NCBI GenBank assembly: GCA_963783385.1
Contig: CAWANJ010000001.1
Location: forward strand, 448,001 to 512,000
Source: an uncultured Gemmatimonadales bacterium
Lineage (GTDB): Bacteria > Gemmatimonadota > Gemmatimonadetes > Palauibacterales > Palauibacteraceae
DNA: 64,000 nucleotides
Reading direction: 5' to 3'
A model generated the notes under the pieces. The model was given only the letters and a program-made list of their open reading frames with translations, had not been told where the DNA came from and ran no database searches. Below are positions 22,361 through 30,160 of this stretch, in pieces. Both the position numbers and the translations under genes were made by a program. The stretch's first letter is position 1. The number at the start of each line of letters is the position of its first letter.

Positions 22361-23277
22361 GGCCGGGACGGGGTCTGATCGGGCTGGACCGTGATGGCCG
22401 GGAAGCCGGCCCGCGCCACCCGGTCGCGGAGCGCGTCGGCCGATGCGGCGTCCGGCACCTTCTGGGTCCACACGCGGTACAGGCCGTCCCGGGCCGTCGT
22501 GTCCACGACCCGCACCTGGAAGCCGCCCCGGGCCGCCCTCTCCCGCAGCGTCTCGGCCGCCTCGCGCGTGCTGAACGCCCCGAGCTGCACCGTCCAGCGA
22601 CCGACCGCCGGACCGCCGCTCCCGGAGCCCTCCGCGGAGCGCGCTTCCGCCCCCCCGGGGCAGCGGGCCGAGGCACGGCGGGCCCGGGACGCCAGGGCCG
22701 TATCGGATTCCGCCTGGCGGACGGCACGTCCCCACGCCTGGCACGCCCGCGTCATGTCGCCCGACGCTGCCAGCGCGTCGCCCGTCCACGTCCAGGAGCG
22801 GTTCGCGAGCGAATCGCCCGGGAAGTCGGCCCGCAGGGTGGAGAGGTCGGCGAGGGCCCGGTCGTATTGCCCCCGGGCCAGGCGGAGCTGGGCGAGGCGG
22901 AGGCGCGCCGCGGCGGCCCAGGGCAGCACGCCCCCGATGGCCACCGTCGTGTACGCCAGGGTGGCCGAGTCCACGTCGGTGGCCAGGCGGCCGCGCAGGA
23001 AGTCCGCGTGGGCCCGGACGGCCGGGGTGACATCGTCGCCGCGGCTCTGGACCCAGCGCGCCAGCGCGCGACGAGCCCGCTCCGCGTGCCCGGAATCGGC
23101 CGCCGCCTCGATCGCCTCGAGGCTCGGGGAGGCTCCGGAGGCCTGGGCGGACACCGGCGTCAGGTGGACGCCGGTGCCCGCCAGAGCGAGAGCCAGCGCC
23201 AGCGCCGAAAGCCGCGCGCCCCGCACCGACCGGCCTGGCGCGCCGCCACCCGCGGGGCTCCGGCGGGGCTCCCTCAT
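22357..23277 (-). CDS. Secreted TPR-like / SPOR domain protein
   Basis: Signal peptide; helical repeats; C-terminal WTVQLGAFSTREAA...LYRV SPOR motif. Confidence 0.82.
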   Translation of the reverse strand: MREPRRSPAGGGAPGRSVRGARLSALALALALAGTGVHLTPVSAQASGASPSLEAIEAAADSGHAERARRALARWVQSRGDDVTPAVRAHADFLRGRLATDVDSATLAYTTVAIGGVLPWAAAARLRLAQLRLARGQYDRALADLSTLRADFPGDSLANRSWTWTGDALAASGDMTRACQAWGRAVRQAESDTALASRARRASARCPGGAEARSAEGSGSGGPAVGRWTVQLGAFSTREAAETLRERAARGGFQVRVVDTTARDGLYRVWTQKVPDAASADALRDRVARAGFPAITVQPDQTPSRP

Positions 23278-24302
23278 CGGACCGATCCCGCTTCGCGGCG
23301 GAGGAGGCGGAGCGAGAGCAGGAGCTCCTCGAGCACCCGCCGGTCGGGAATCCCCGATTTGGCGTGACCGTCGGCCCGGCGCATGAGTCCGATGGCACGC
23401 TCCAGCTCGGGGGGCGTCCAGCGCCGCGCCTGTCCCGCGTAGATGCGAGCCTTCCAGCTCAGGTAGGGCTTGCCGGCTTCCTTGAGTGCGCGGGCCACGG
23501 CCCCCTGTCCGCCCTCCAGCGCCACCCCCAGGTACAGGTGCTGATCGACCATGCCGATGAGGAGGCCGACCGCCGATTCGGAGGGCTCCGACAGGAGCCT
23601 GGGCAGATCCTCCAGCGCTCCACCGTAGTCCCGCTCGGCCACGTGGTCGAGCCAGTTCCAGCGGCCCACCGCACGGACATTGGGGACCAGCCGGCGCACG
23701 GCGTCGGCGTCCACCACGCCGTCGATCGCAGCGGAAGCCAGCTTGATGAGCTCCGCGTCGAGCTGGTCCGCCTCCGCGCCGACGGCCGTGGCGAGCAACT
23801 GGGCGCCCTCCTCTTCCAGGTCGTAGCCATGGACGGTTCGGGCCCGTTCCATGAGCCAGCCGGGGAGCTCGGCTTCGCGCGGCACGCTCCAGCCGAGCGC
23901 CCGTGCCCCCTGCTCCAGCTTCTTGTAGTACGCCGCCTTCGAGCCCGAGGGCACCGTCGCGGTGACCACCACGGTGAGGCCGGGCGGCGGGGCCTCTACC
24001 GCGGCCACGAGCACATCCCTGGCCTTGCGCCCCAGGTGCTGCGCCCCGAACACCGCCACGACCCGTCTCTCCGCCATCATGGGAGGCATGGCCAGCGCGG
24101 ACGCGAGCTCATCGGGGCCGGCGACGTCACCGTGGAAGATGTCGAGGTTGAAGTCGCGCGTGGCAGGATCGAGGGCGGCGTCGATCAGCCGCCTGGCGCC
24201 CTCGTCGCGTAGCCGCTCGGCCTCTCCGTGGAAGTAGAAGGCGCCGTCGAGCGGACCGCGCTCGAGGAGACGCTCAAGGTCCCGCTCGGCCGTGAGCGTC
24301 AC
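23274..24302 (-). CDS. holA: DNA polymerase III delta subunit
   Basis: FYFHGE, DFNLDIFHG, PMMAERRVV, ELIKL, AKSG; start uncertain (GTG 24302 or CTG 24317). Confidence 0.88.
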   Translation of the reverse strand: MTLTAERDLERLLERGPLDGAFYFHGEAERLRDEGARRLIDAALDPATRDFNLDIFHGDVAGPDELASALAMPPMMAERRVVAVFGAQHLGRKARDVLVAAVEAPPPGLTVVVTATVPSGSKAAYYKKLEQGARALGWSVPREAELPGWLMERARTVHGYDLEEEGAQLLATAVGAEADQLDAELIKLASAAIDGVVDADAVRRLVPNVRAVGRWNWLDHVAERDYGGALEDLPRLLSEPSESAVGLLIGMVDQHLYLGVALEGGQGAVARALKEAGKPYLSWKARIYAGQARRWTPPELERAIGLMRRADGHAKSGIPDRRVLEELLLSLRLLRREAGSVR

Positions 24303-24313
24303 GCTTCGGGGGG

Positions 24314-24946
24314 TCAGCGGGCGAAGGCCGCCCTCTGCTCCATGGCCGCCAGGAAGGATGGCCCGCCGCTGAGCCCGGCGCCGGCCGATGCGAAGAAGTC
24401 GCCGTCCAGCGCATCGATGCCCCGGCCCCAGTGCAGCGGCGAGGAGGACAGGAACGGACCGCGGCCGAAGAACAGAGAAGCGGAGGAAGCACCGGGCAAA
24501 TGGAAGCGCCCGTTCAGGAGGCTCATGCGACCGGCGTTCTCCGGCGGCCGTGCCTCCCCGGCCCGCGGCGCGCGCGCCGCCACCGCCGGGAGCTCGACCT
24601 CGACCGGCACGCTGGTGGCGAACGGCAGCCACGCGAAGGCGAGAAGCCCGACCGCGGCCACGGCCACGAGGGCCGCGCTGCCGCCCGGGCGCACCGAGCT
24701 CATGGGGATGCCGTCTTCGAGATGGTAGATCCGGTGGCGCAGACGGGGCAGGAAATCGGGGGAGCCAGCGACATCGGGGAGCTCACGGCACAGGGCCAGG
24801 CCGCGCTGCATGACCCGGTCGTACCGCGCACATCGCTCGCAGTCCGCGATGTGTCGCCCGAACGCCTGCCCGCGGGCCGTGCCGACCAGCCCGTCGAGGT
24901 AGTCCGAATAACTTTCGAGAAATTCCTCGCATTCCATCGCCGTCAT
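24314..24946 (-). CDS. Anti-sigma factor (zf-HC2) with TM helix
   Basis: MECEEF...SDYLDG...HIADCERC (HxxxCxxC); TM segment; downstream of the ECF sigma gene. Confidence 0.85.
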   Translation of the reverse strand: MTAMECEEFLESYSDYLDGLVGTARGQAFGRHIADCERCARYDRVMQRGLALCRELPDVAGSPDFLPRLRHRIYHLEDGIPMSSVRPGGSAALVAVAAVGLLAFAWLPFATSVPVEVELPAVAARAPRAGEARPPENAGRMSLLNGRFHLPGASSASLFFGRGPFLSSSPLHWGRGIDALDGDFFASAGAGLSGGPSFLAAMEQRAAFAR

Positions 24947-25071
24947 CCTTCTCGCCTGCGACGGATCACGTCCGTCCCGAGCTCCGCCGGCGCACCGTCG
25001 TTTCGCCGTAGCGGGGTCGAAGCGACCCGGGGCGTCCGACCGGCACCAGCCCCTTCATTGACCGGCGTATC

Positions 25072-25097
25072 ATACTCGGACCGTCACGGCGGGTTCC
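25072..25097 (-). promoter_or_regulatory. Putative ECF-sigma promoter upstream of the anti-sigma gene (GGAAC-N17-GTAT)
   Basis: Minus strand GGAAC CCGCCGTGACGGTCCGA GTAT. Confidence 0.5.
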
Positions 25098-25157
25098 GCG
25101 TTCGGCACCGAGGTTCGAGCGCGTCACGGCGCGCGCCACGTACGGACCCGGATGCGC

Positions 25158-25191
25158 GAAGGGGGAGGGCGATTCCTCGCCCTCCCCCTTC
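25158..25191. terminator. Perfect 15-bp inverted repeat between ECF sigma and anti-sigma genes
   Basis: GAAGGGGGAGGGCGA-TTCC-TCGCCCTCCCCCTTC; outer arms CGGATGCGC/GCGCATCCG (25149-25217); no strong U-tract. Confidence 0.6.
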
Positions 25192-25250
25192 CGCTTCGCG
25201 TACGACCGGCGCATCCGCTCGCCCACGACACGTTTCCGGCTCCGAAGAAG

Positions 25251-25889
25251 CTACTCGAGCATGGGCGCAATGATCTGCGCGAACTTGTTCCGGGCACGGT
25301 TGAGGCGCGACTTCACGGTGCCCAGGGTGACGCCGGTGATCTCCGAGATCTCCTCGTACGTCTTCCCCTCCATCTCCCGCAGCACGAACACCACGCGGTG
25401 ATGCTCGGGGAGCTGGGCGACCGCCTCTTCGACCTTCTCCCGAAGATGCCGCTTCCGGAACAGGTCGTCCGGCGAGTAGGAGCTGTCCTCCCACTGCAGC
25501 GGACGGTGGTCCGCGTCCCAGTTCTTCTTGATGGCCTGGAACAGCACCATCGGGTTGCGGGAGCGGTTCCTGAGCTCGTTCTTCGCCAGGTTGCTGGCGA
25601 TCGTGTAGATCCAGGTCGAGAACTTCTTCGTCGGGTCGAACCGGTGGAGATGCCGGTACACCCGCACGAACGTCTCCTGGACCAGGTCCTCGGAGCGGTC
25701 CCGGTCGCCGATGGTCCGGTAGATGAAATTGAGCAGGCGGTCATGGTAGCGGTCCGCCAGCTCCTGGAAGGCGTGATGCTGCCCCTCGAGGTACTTCTCG
25801 ACGAGCTGCGCATCCTCGAGCTCCCTGAGTTCGCGCCTCGGCTGGAGCTCCACGCCCCGCCGTCTGCGTACCTCGACCCGGTCGGCCAT
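25251..25889 (-). CDS. ECF family RNA polymerase sigma factor
   Basis: AFQEL, SEDLVQETF, FSTWIYTIASN, LPEHHRVVFVLRE, YEEIS, GTVKSRLNRAR. Confidence 0.95.
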   Translation of the reverse strand: MADRVEVRRRRGVELQPRRELRELEDAQLVEKYLEGQHHAFQELADRYHDRLLNFIYRTIGDRDRSEDLVQETFVRVYRHLHRFDPTKKFSTWIYTIASNLAKNELRNRSRNPMVLFQAIKKNWDADHRPLQWEDSSYSPDDLFRKRHLREKVEEAVAQLPEHHRVVFVLREMEGKTYEEISEITGVTLGTVKSRLNRARNKFAQIIAPMLE

Positions 25890-25997
25890 TTTTATCCTGC
25901 CCCCTTCGGGACGGTCCCGCGCGCCCCGTTCTTGGTGCCCGTGCTTCCTCGTCCTCCGGTGGCGCCCGTCGCGGCCGTCCTCACCCAACCGGAAGAC

Positions 25998-26012
25998 GCA
26001 ACAACGCTGCCA
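25998..26012 (-). promoter_or_regulatory. Putative sigma-54 (-24/-12) promoter upstream of the ECF sigma gene
   Basis: Minus strand TGGCAGCGTTGTTGC matches TGGCAC-N5-TTGC with exact GG-N10-GC spacing, ~110 nt before the ATG. Confidence 0.6.
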
Positions 26013-26016
26013 ATCG

Positions 26017-26619
26017 TCACTCTTCCAACAACCTCGCGACCAGCAGGAGCGAGGCTACCGCGGTGCCGTTCGTGATCGCGCCCTCGTCGATCATGGCGAG
26101 GGCGCGCGACAGGGTCACCACGTGCGGCTCCAACTGCTCCCCCGGCTCCGGATCGGGGTCCGTGCGCCGCAGGTCGGTCGCCAGGAACAGCTCGACCTTC
26201 TCGTCGCAGAAGCCCGGGCTCGTGTGGATCGCCGCGAGCCGCGTCCACCGCCCGGCCAGGAGTCCCGCCTCCTCGCGCAGCTCCCGCCGCGCACACGTCT
26301 CGGGCGATTCCCCGGGCTCCAGGATTCCGGCCGGAACCTCCCAGAGGACGCTGCCCACCGCATGCCTGTATTGCCGTAACAGGTGCACGCGAGGCGTGGT
26401 TCCCGGGTCCTCGACCGGCACGACGGCTGCCGCGCCGGGATGGTGGACCACCTCCCGCTCGGCCTCGCCACCGTCCGGGAGACGCACCCGATCCACACAT
26501 AGATGAAGGAGCCGCCCTTTGAACAGCTGGCGACTCCCGATCCTGCGCTCCGGCCTCAACCCCACCCGGTCATCCTCGTCACCGGCAAGCACGGTAACCG
26601 AAAAAGTCCCGAAAGTCAA
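26017..26619 (-). CDS. Nudix hydrolase (ADP-ribose pyrophosphatase-like)
   Basis: EREVVHHPGAA, RQYRHAV, EVPAGILEPGESPETCARRELREEAG Nudix box, SPGF. Confidence 0.92.
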   Translation of the reverse strand: MTFGTFSVTVLAGDEDDRVGLRPERRIGSRQLFKGRLLHLCVDRVRLPDGGEAEREVVHHPGAAAVVPVEDPGTTPRVHLLRQYRHAVGSVLWEVPAGILEPGESPETCARRELREEAGLLAGRWTRLAAIHTSPGFCDEKVELFLATDLRRTDPDPEPGEQLEPHVVTLSRALAMIDEGAITNGTAVASLLLVARLLEE

Positions 26620-28019
26620 GCCCGGCCTGGGCCGGCCCGCACGTCGACCTCGCCGAAGCGCGATTCCAGGTCTCCCTCGAGGTCTCCCGCAGCCCCGACG
26701 ATCACCCGTGCCATTGTGGCAGGATCGAGGTGCGCGCGCAGCGCCTCGAGCACCCCGGACGGGCTGACGCCTTCGATCCGGGCCCGGTAGCGCGCCCAGT
26801 AGTCATCCGGCAGATCGTACACGACCTGTGTCACCAGCTTGGAGCTGACCTGGCTCGGGGTCTCGAACTGACGCGGGAGCGACAGGACAAGGGAGTTCCG
26901 GGCCAGCTCCATCTCGTCCTCGCCGGGCGCCTCCTCGAGCAGCTGCACCGTCTCCCGGAGGAATTCGGACAGGGCCTCCGCCGCCACGCCGGTCTCCACG
27001 GCCGTCTGGCCGACGAACGGGCCCGCCTCGCGACGGAAGTGGAAGCTGGTGCGCGCCCCGTAGGTCCAGCCCCTCTCCTCCCGGAGGTTCATGTTCACGC
27101 GTGAGTTGAACAGGCCGCCGAGGATCGCGTTGCCGATCAGGAGCTCGAAGAAGGCCGCGTCACCGTAGGCGGCGCCGACCGTCCCCAGGCGGATCTCGGC
27201 CTGGGCGCTCGACGGCCGATCGACGAGCAGCACCGAACCGGGAACGGGGGCGCCAATGGTCCCGGACGCGCCGCTCGAAGGGGACGCCTCGCCGCCCGTC
27301 CAGTCCCCGAAGCGCGCTTCCACCGCATCTCGCAGGGCAGCGGCGTCCACCGCCCCGCACGCCACCAGCGCCGCACCGGACGGCCCGTACCGCCGCTGGT
27401 GGAAAGCCGTCACCTGCTCGCGCCCCAACCTCTCCACCATGGGCCGGCCCCCCGCCGCCGGCGTCCCGTAGCAATGTCCGCCGTAGACGGCATGGATGAG
27501 CGCGTTGTCGGCCACCACCTCGGGTCGATCCAGATCGCGGTCGATCTCGTCCAGTCGCTCCCCGCGCACCCGCTCCACTTCGGCCAGCTCGAAGGAAGGG
27601 TGTCGGGCCACGGCCGCCAGGAAGTCCAGGGCCCCCTCGAGCACGTCGCTTAGCGTGTGCAGGCTGAGGATCGATACATCGTAGCCGGCCGATACCGAGA
27701 AGCCGGCGCCCAGCCGATCGAGCCAGCTGGCCACCTCGCCGGCGCTCCGTCCCGCCGCGCCCTCCGTCAGCAGACGGCCCGTGAGCTCGGCGACCCCCTC
27801 CTGGCCCTTCGGCTCCACGGTGGCACCCGCCTCGAGCACCAGCCGCAGGGACACCTCCGGGAGCTGGTGGTCCTCGGCCACGATGAGTCGCAGACCGTTG
27901 GCGAGCTCGAACCGCCGCAGCTCGGGCAGCGTGAGGCGACGGAGGGGCCCGGCCGCTGGCGCGCGCGAGCGGTGGACCGGCCCCGCCGATGCGTCCGGAG
28001 CGCCCGCCTCGCCGCTCAC
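26616..28019 (-). CDS. M16 family peptidase, non-catalytic subunit
   Basis: LANGLRLIV, no HXXEH, FNSRVNMNLREERGWTYG. Confidence 0.9.
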   Translation of the reverse strand: MSGEAGAPDASAGPVHRSRAPAAGPLRRLTLPELRRFELANGLRLIVAEDHQLPEVSLRLVLEAGATVEPKGQEGVAELTGRLLTEGAAGRSAGEVASWLDRLGAGFSVSAGYDVSILSLHTLSDVLEGALDFLAAVARHPSFELAEVERVRGERLDEIDRDLDRPEVVADNALIHAVYGGHCYGTPAAGGRPMVERLGREQVTAFHQRRYGPSGAALVACGAVDAAALRDAVEARFGDWTGGEASPSSGASGTIGAPVPGSVLLVDRPSSAQAEIRLGTVGAAYGDAAFFELLIGNAILGGLFNSRVNMNLREERGWTYGARTSFHFRREAGPFVGQTAVETGVAAEALSEFLRETVQLLEEAPGEDEMELARNSLVLSLPRQFETPSQVSSKLVTQVVYDLPDDYWARYRARIEGVSPSGVLEALRAHLDPATMARVIVGAAGDLEGDLESRFGEVDVRAGPGRA

Positions 28020-29314
28020 GCGGCCCGCCCTTCGGCGTCGGCGCCGCGGGGCACCACGTGCAGGACCGTTCGACGCGATGGCCGCAGCACGTTCGCGGCC
28101 ACTCGGGCGACCTCGTCCGCGGTCACCGCCTCGTAGCGATCGAACGCCCGGTTCACGTACTCCGGGTCGTCCCGGAGGATGACCGCGTCGGCGAACGCGT
28201 CGGCCCGGTCCCCCACGCTGTTCAGGCGGCCCACCAGGGACCTTCGGGCCCGGTTCCGGGCGCCGGTCAGCTCGTCCTCGGACGCGCCGGCCTCGCGCAC
28301 CGGTCCGAGCACGTCGAGCACCTCCGCCTCGAGGTCGGAGGCGGCGACTCCGGGCCGGGCCGTGGCGACCACGATCAGCATCCCGACGCTCTCGAGCGGC
28401 CACGTGAAGCACTGGACCTCGGCCGCCACCTGCCTCTCGTAGACGAGCTTGCGGTGCAGCCGCGAGCTCTTTCCCTCGGCCAGCACCCCGGTCAGCACAT
28501 CGGAGGCCTCGAAGTCGGCGTCGTTGAACGAAGGCGCGTGGAACAGCATGTACACGCGCGGGACCTGCACGGCGTCTCCCAGAACGGCGCGGCGCTCCCC
28601 GCGCTCGTCCCCCACGCTGGGCACCGCGGGGGGCGCCGGAACCGACCGCGAGGGGAACTCCCCGAAGTAGGCCCGCGCCCGGTCCAGCGCCTCGTGGGGA
28701 TCGATGTCGCCGGCCAGAACGAGGACGGCGTTGTTCGGCGCGTAATAGGAACGGAAGAAGTCGTGAACGTCCTCGAGGCTCGCCGCGTCGAGGTCGTCCA
28801 TGTACCCGATCGTCGGGTGTCTGTACGGGTGCCCCCCCGGGTAGGCGTGCTCCAGCAGCGTCTCGAACGCCAGGCCGTAGGGCCGATTCTCGTAGGACTG
28901 GCGTCGCTCGTTCTTCACGACGCCGCGCTGGTTGTCCAGCTTCTCCTGCGTGATGGCCTCGTCGAAGAAGCCCATCCGGTCCGACTCCAGCCACAGGGCC
29001 AGGTCGAGCTCGTTGGAAGGGAGCACCTCGAAGTAGTTGGTCCGGTCGAACCAGGTGGATCCGTTGAGGGTCCCACCGGCCCGCTGGATGAGCCGAAAGT
29101 GCTCGCCCTTGGGGATGTGCCCCGATCCCTGGAAGAGAAGGTGCTCGAACAGGTGCGCGAAGCCAGTGCGGCCCGGACGCTCGTTCTTGGAGCCGACGTG
29201 GTACATGAGGTGCACGGCCACGACGGGCGTCGAGCGGTCCTGGTGGAGGATCACCCGGAGCCCGTTGTCGAGGACGCGCTCCTCGAAATCGAAGCGGACG
29301 CTGTCGGAGTGCAC
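28016..29314 (-). CDS. M16 family zinc peptidase, catalytic subunit
   Basis: LDNGLRV, YHVGSKNE, HLFEH (HXXEH), NGSTWFDRTNY, LESDRM. Confidence 0.93.
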   Translation of the reverse strand: MHSDSVRFDFEERVLDNGLRVILHQDRSTPVVAVHLMYHVGSKNERPGRTGFAHLFEHLLFQGSGHIPKGEHFRLIQRAGGTLNGSTWFDRTNYFEVLPSNELDLALWLESDRMGFFDEAITQEKLDNQRGVVKNERRQSYENRPYGLAFETLLEHAYPGGHPYRHPTIGYMDDLDAASLEDVHDFFRSYYAPNNAVLVLAGDIDPHEALDRARAYFGEFPSRSVPAPPAVPSVGDERGERRAVLGDAVQVPRVYMLFHAPSFNDADFEASDVLTGVLAEGKSSRLHRKLVYERQVAAEVQCFTWPLESVGMLIVVATARPGVAASDLEAEVLDVLGPVREAGASEDELTGARNRARRSLVGRLNSVGDRADAFADAVILRDDPEYVNRAFDRYEAVTADEVARVAANVLRPSRRTVLHVVPRGADAEGRAA

Positions 29315-29461
29315 GGCTCGTCGCTCTCCCTGGCGGATGGCAACCCGGGCCCGACCGCCGGTCGATCGGTCCGCGGCGGGCGCGTGCCCGGCCGCGAAGG
29401 TACCCGGCGCGACTCCCCCGCTCAACCCGCCCCGGGACGACCGACCGGCGATCCGGACGAA

Positions 29462-29507
29462 CGACGGCCGGCCCGCGACCCCTGTCGGGGTGCGAGACCG
29501 GCCGTCG
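29462..29507 (-). terminator. Hairpin immediately downstream of rnpB
   Basis: Minus strand CGACGGCCGGTCTCGCACCCC-GACA-GGGGTCGCGGGCCGGCCGTCG followed by TTCG (weak U-tract). Confidence 0.55.
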
Positions 29508-29509
29508 AT

Positions 29510-29917
29510 GGAGGGAGGTAAGCCGGGTTCTGTGCCGGACCCGAAGGTCCGGGGGGTCATCTGTCTGGGCCGCCGGTCTCCCGGTGGCTCGTGCGGCCTA
29601 CCCGGGGCTCGATGCGGCGGGTCGCCGCTCGCCCCTGCTCGGCCTTGCTCCTGGTGGGGTTTGTCGTGCCGCGGCCGTCACCGGCGCGCGCGGTGGGCTC
29701 TTACCCCACCGTTTCACCCTTGCCTGTGCGACGGTCGGAGCCTTGGGCCCGAGCGCGCCGCCATCGGCGGTCTGTTCTCTGTGACACTGTCCGTCGCCTC
29801 TCGACGCCCGGGATTTCCCCGGCACCGTACCCTGTGGAGCCCGGACTTTCCTCGAGCCGCACCGCGCGGACCACGCCATGCGTGGTGCCCGGCCGGCCCG
29901 CGACCCCATCTCCCTCC
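29510..29917 (-). ncRNA. rnpB: RNase P RNA (type A)
   Basis: Minus strand GAGGAAAGTCCGGGCTCC, CAGTGTCACAGAGAACAGACCGCCG, GGGTGAAACGGTGGGGTAAGAGCCCACCG, AGACAGATGA, ACAGAACCCGGCTTAC; P1 GGAGGGAG/CTCCCTCC. Confidence 0.97.
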
Positions 29918-30160
29918 GTCCTATCTTACCGCGCAGGGCCGCCGGAGTTTCCGACGTGCTCCGCCGCGCGTCTTCTGGGCACGGGCCATGCACGGACTCG
30001 GGACCACCCGACCTACCGGAGCGCGGCAGCGCGCTGTATTTTGGTGAGCACGTTTTCGGGCGACGTCGCATCGGGTCCCGGCCGTGCAGCACGGCTTTAC
30101 CCTGCGCCGCCGCGCGTGGAGTCGTACACCGGGCCACGGAGGTGGCGAGCCGAGCCTTCC

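Noticed and set aside
29591-30160. N-terminal extension of the 1122-aa ORF, and the 29315-29560 extension of the M16 ORF
   Set aside because: They overlap RNase P RNA or its flanks; real starts lie further downstream, near the lipobox and the M16 domain start
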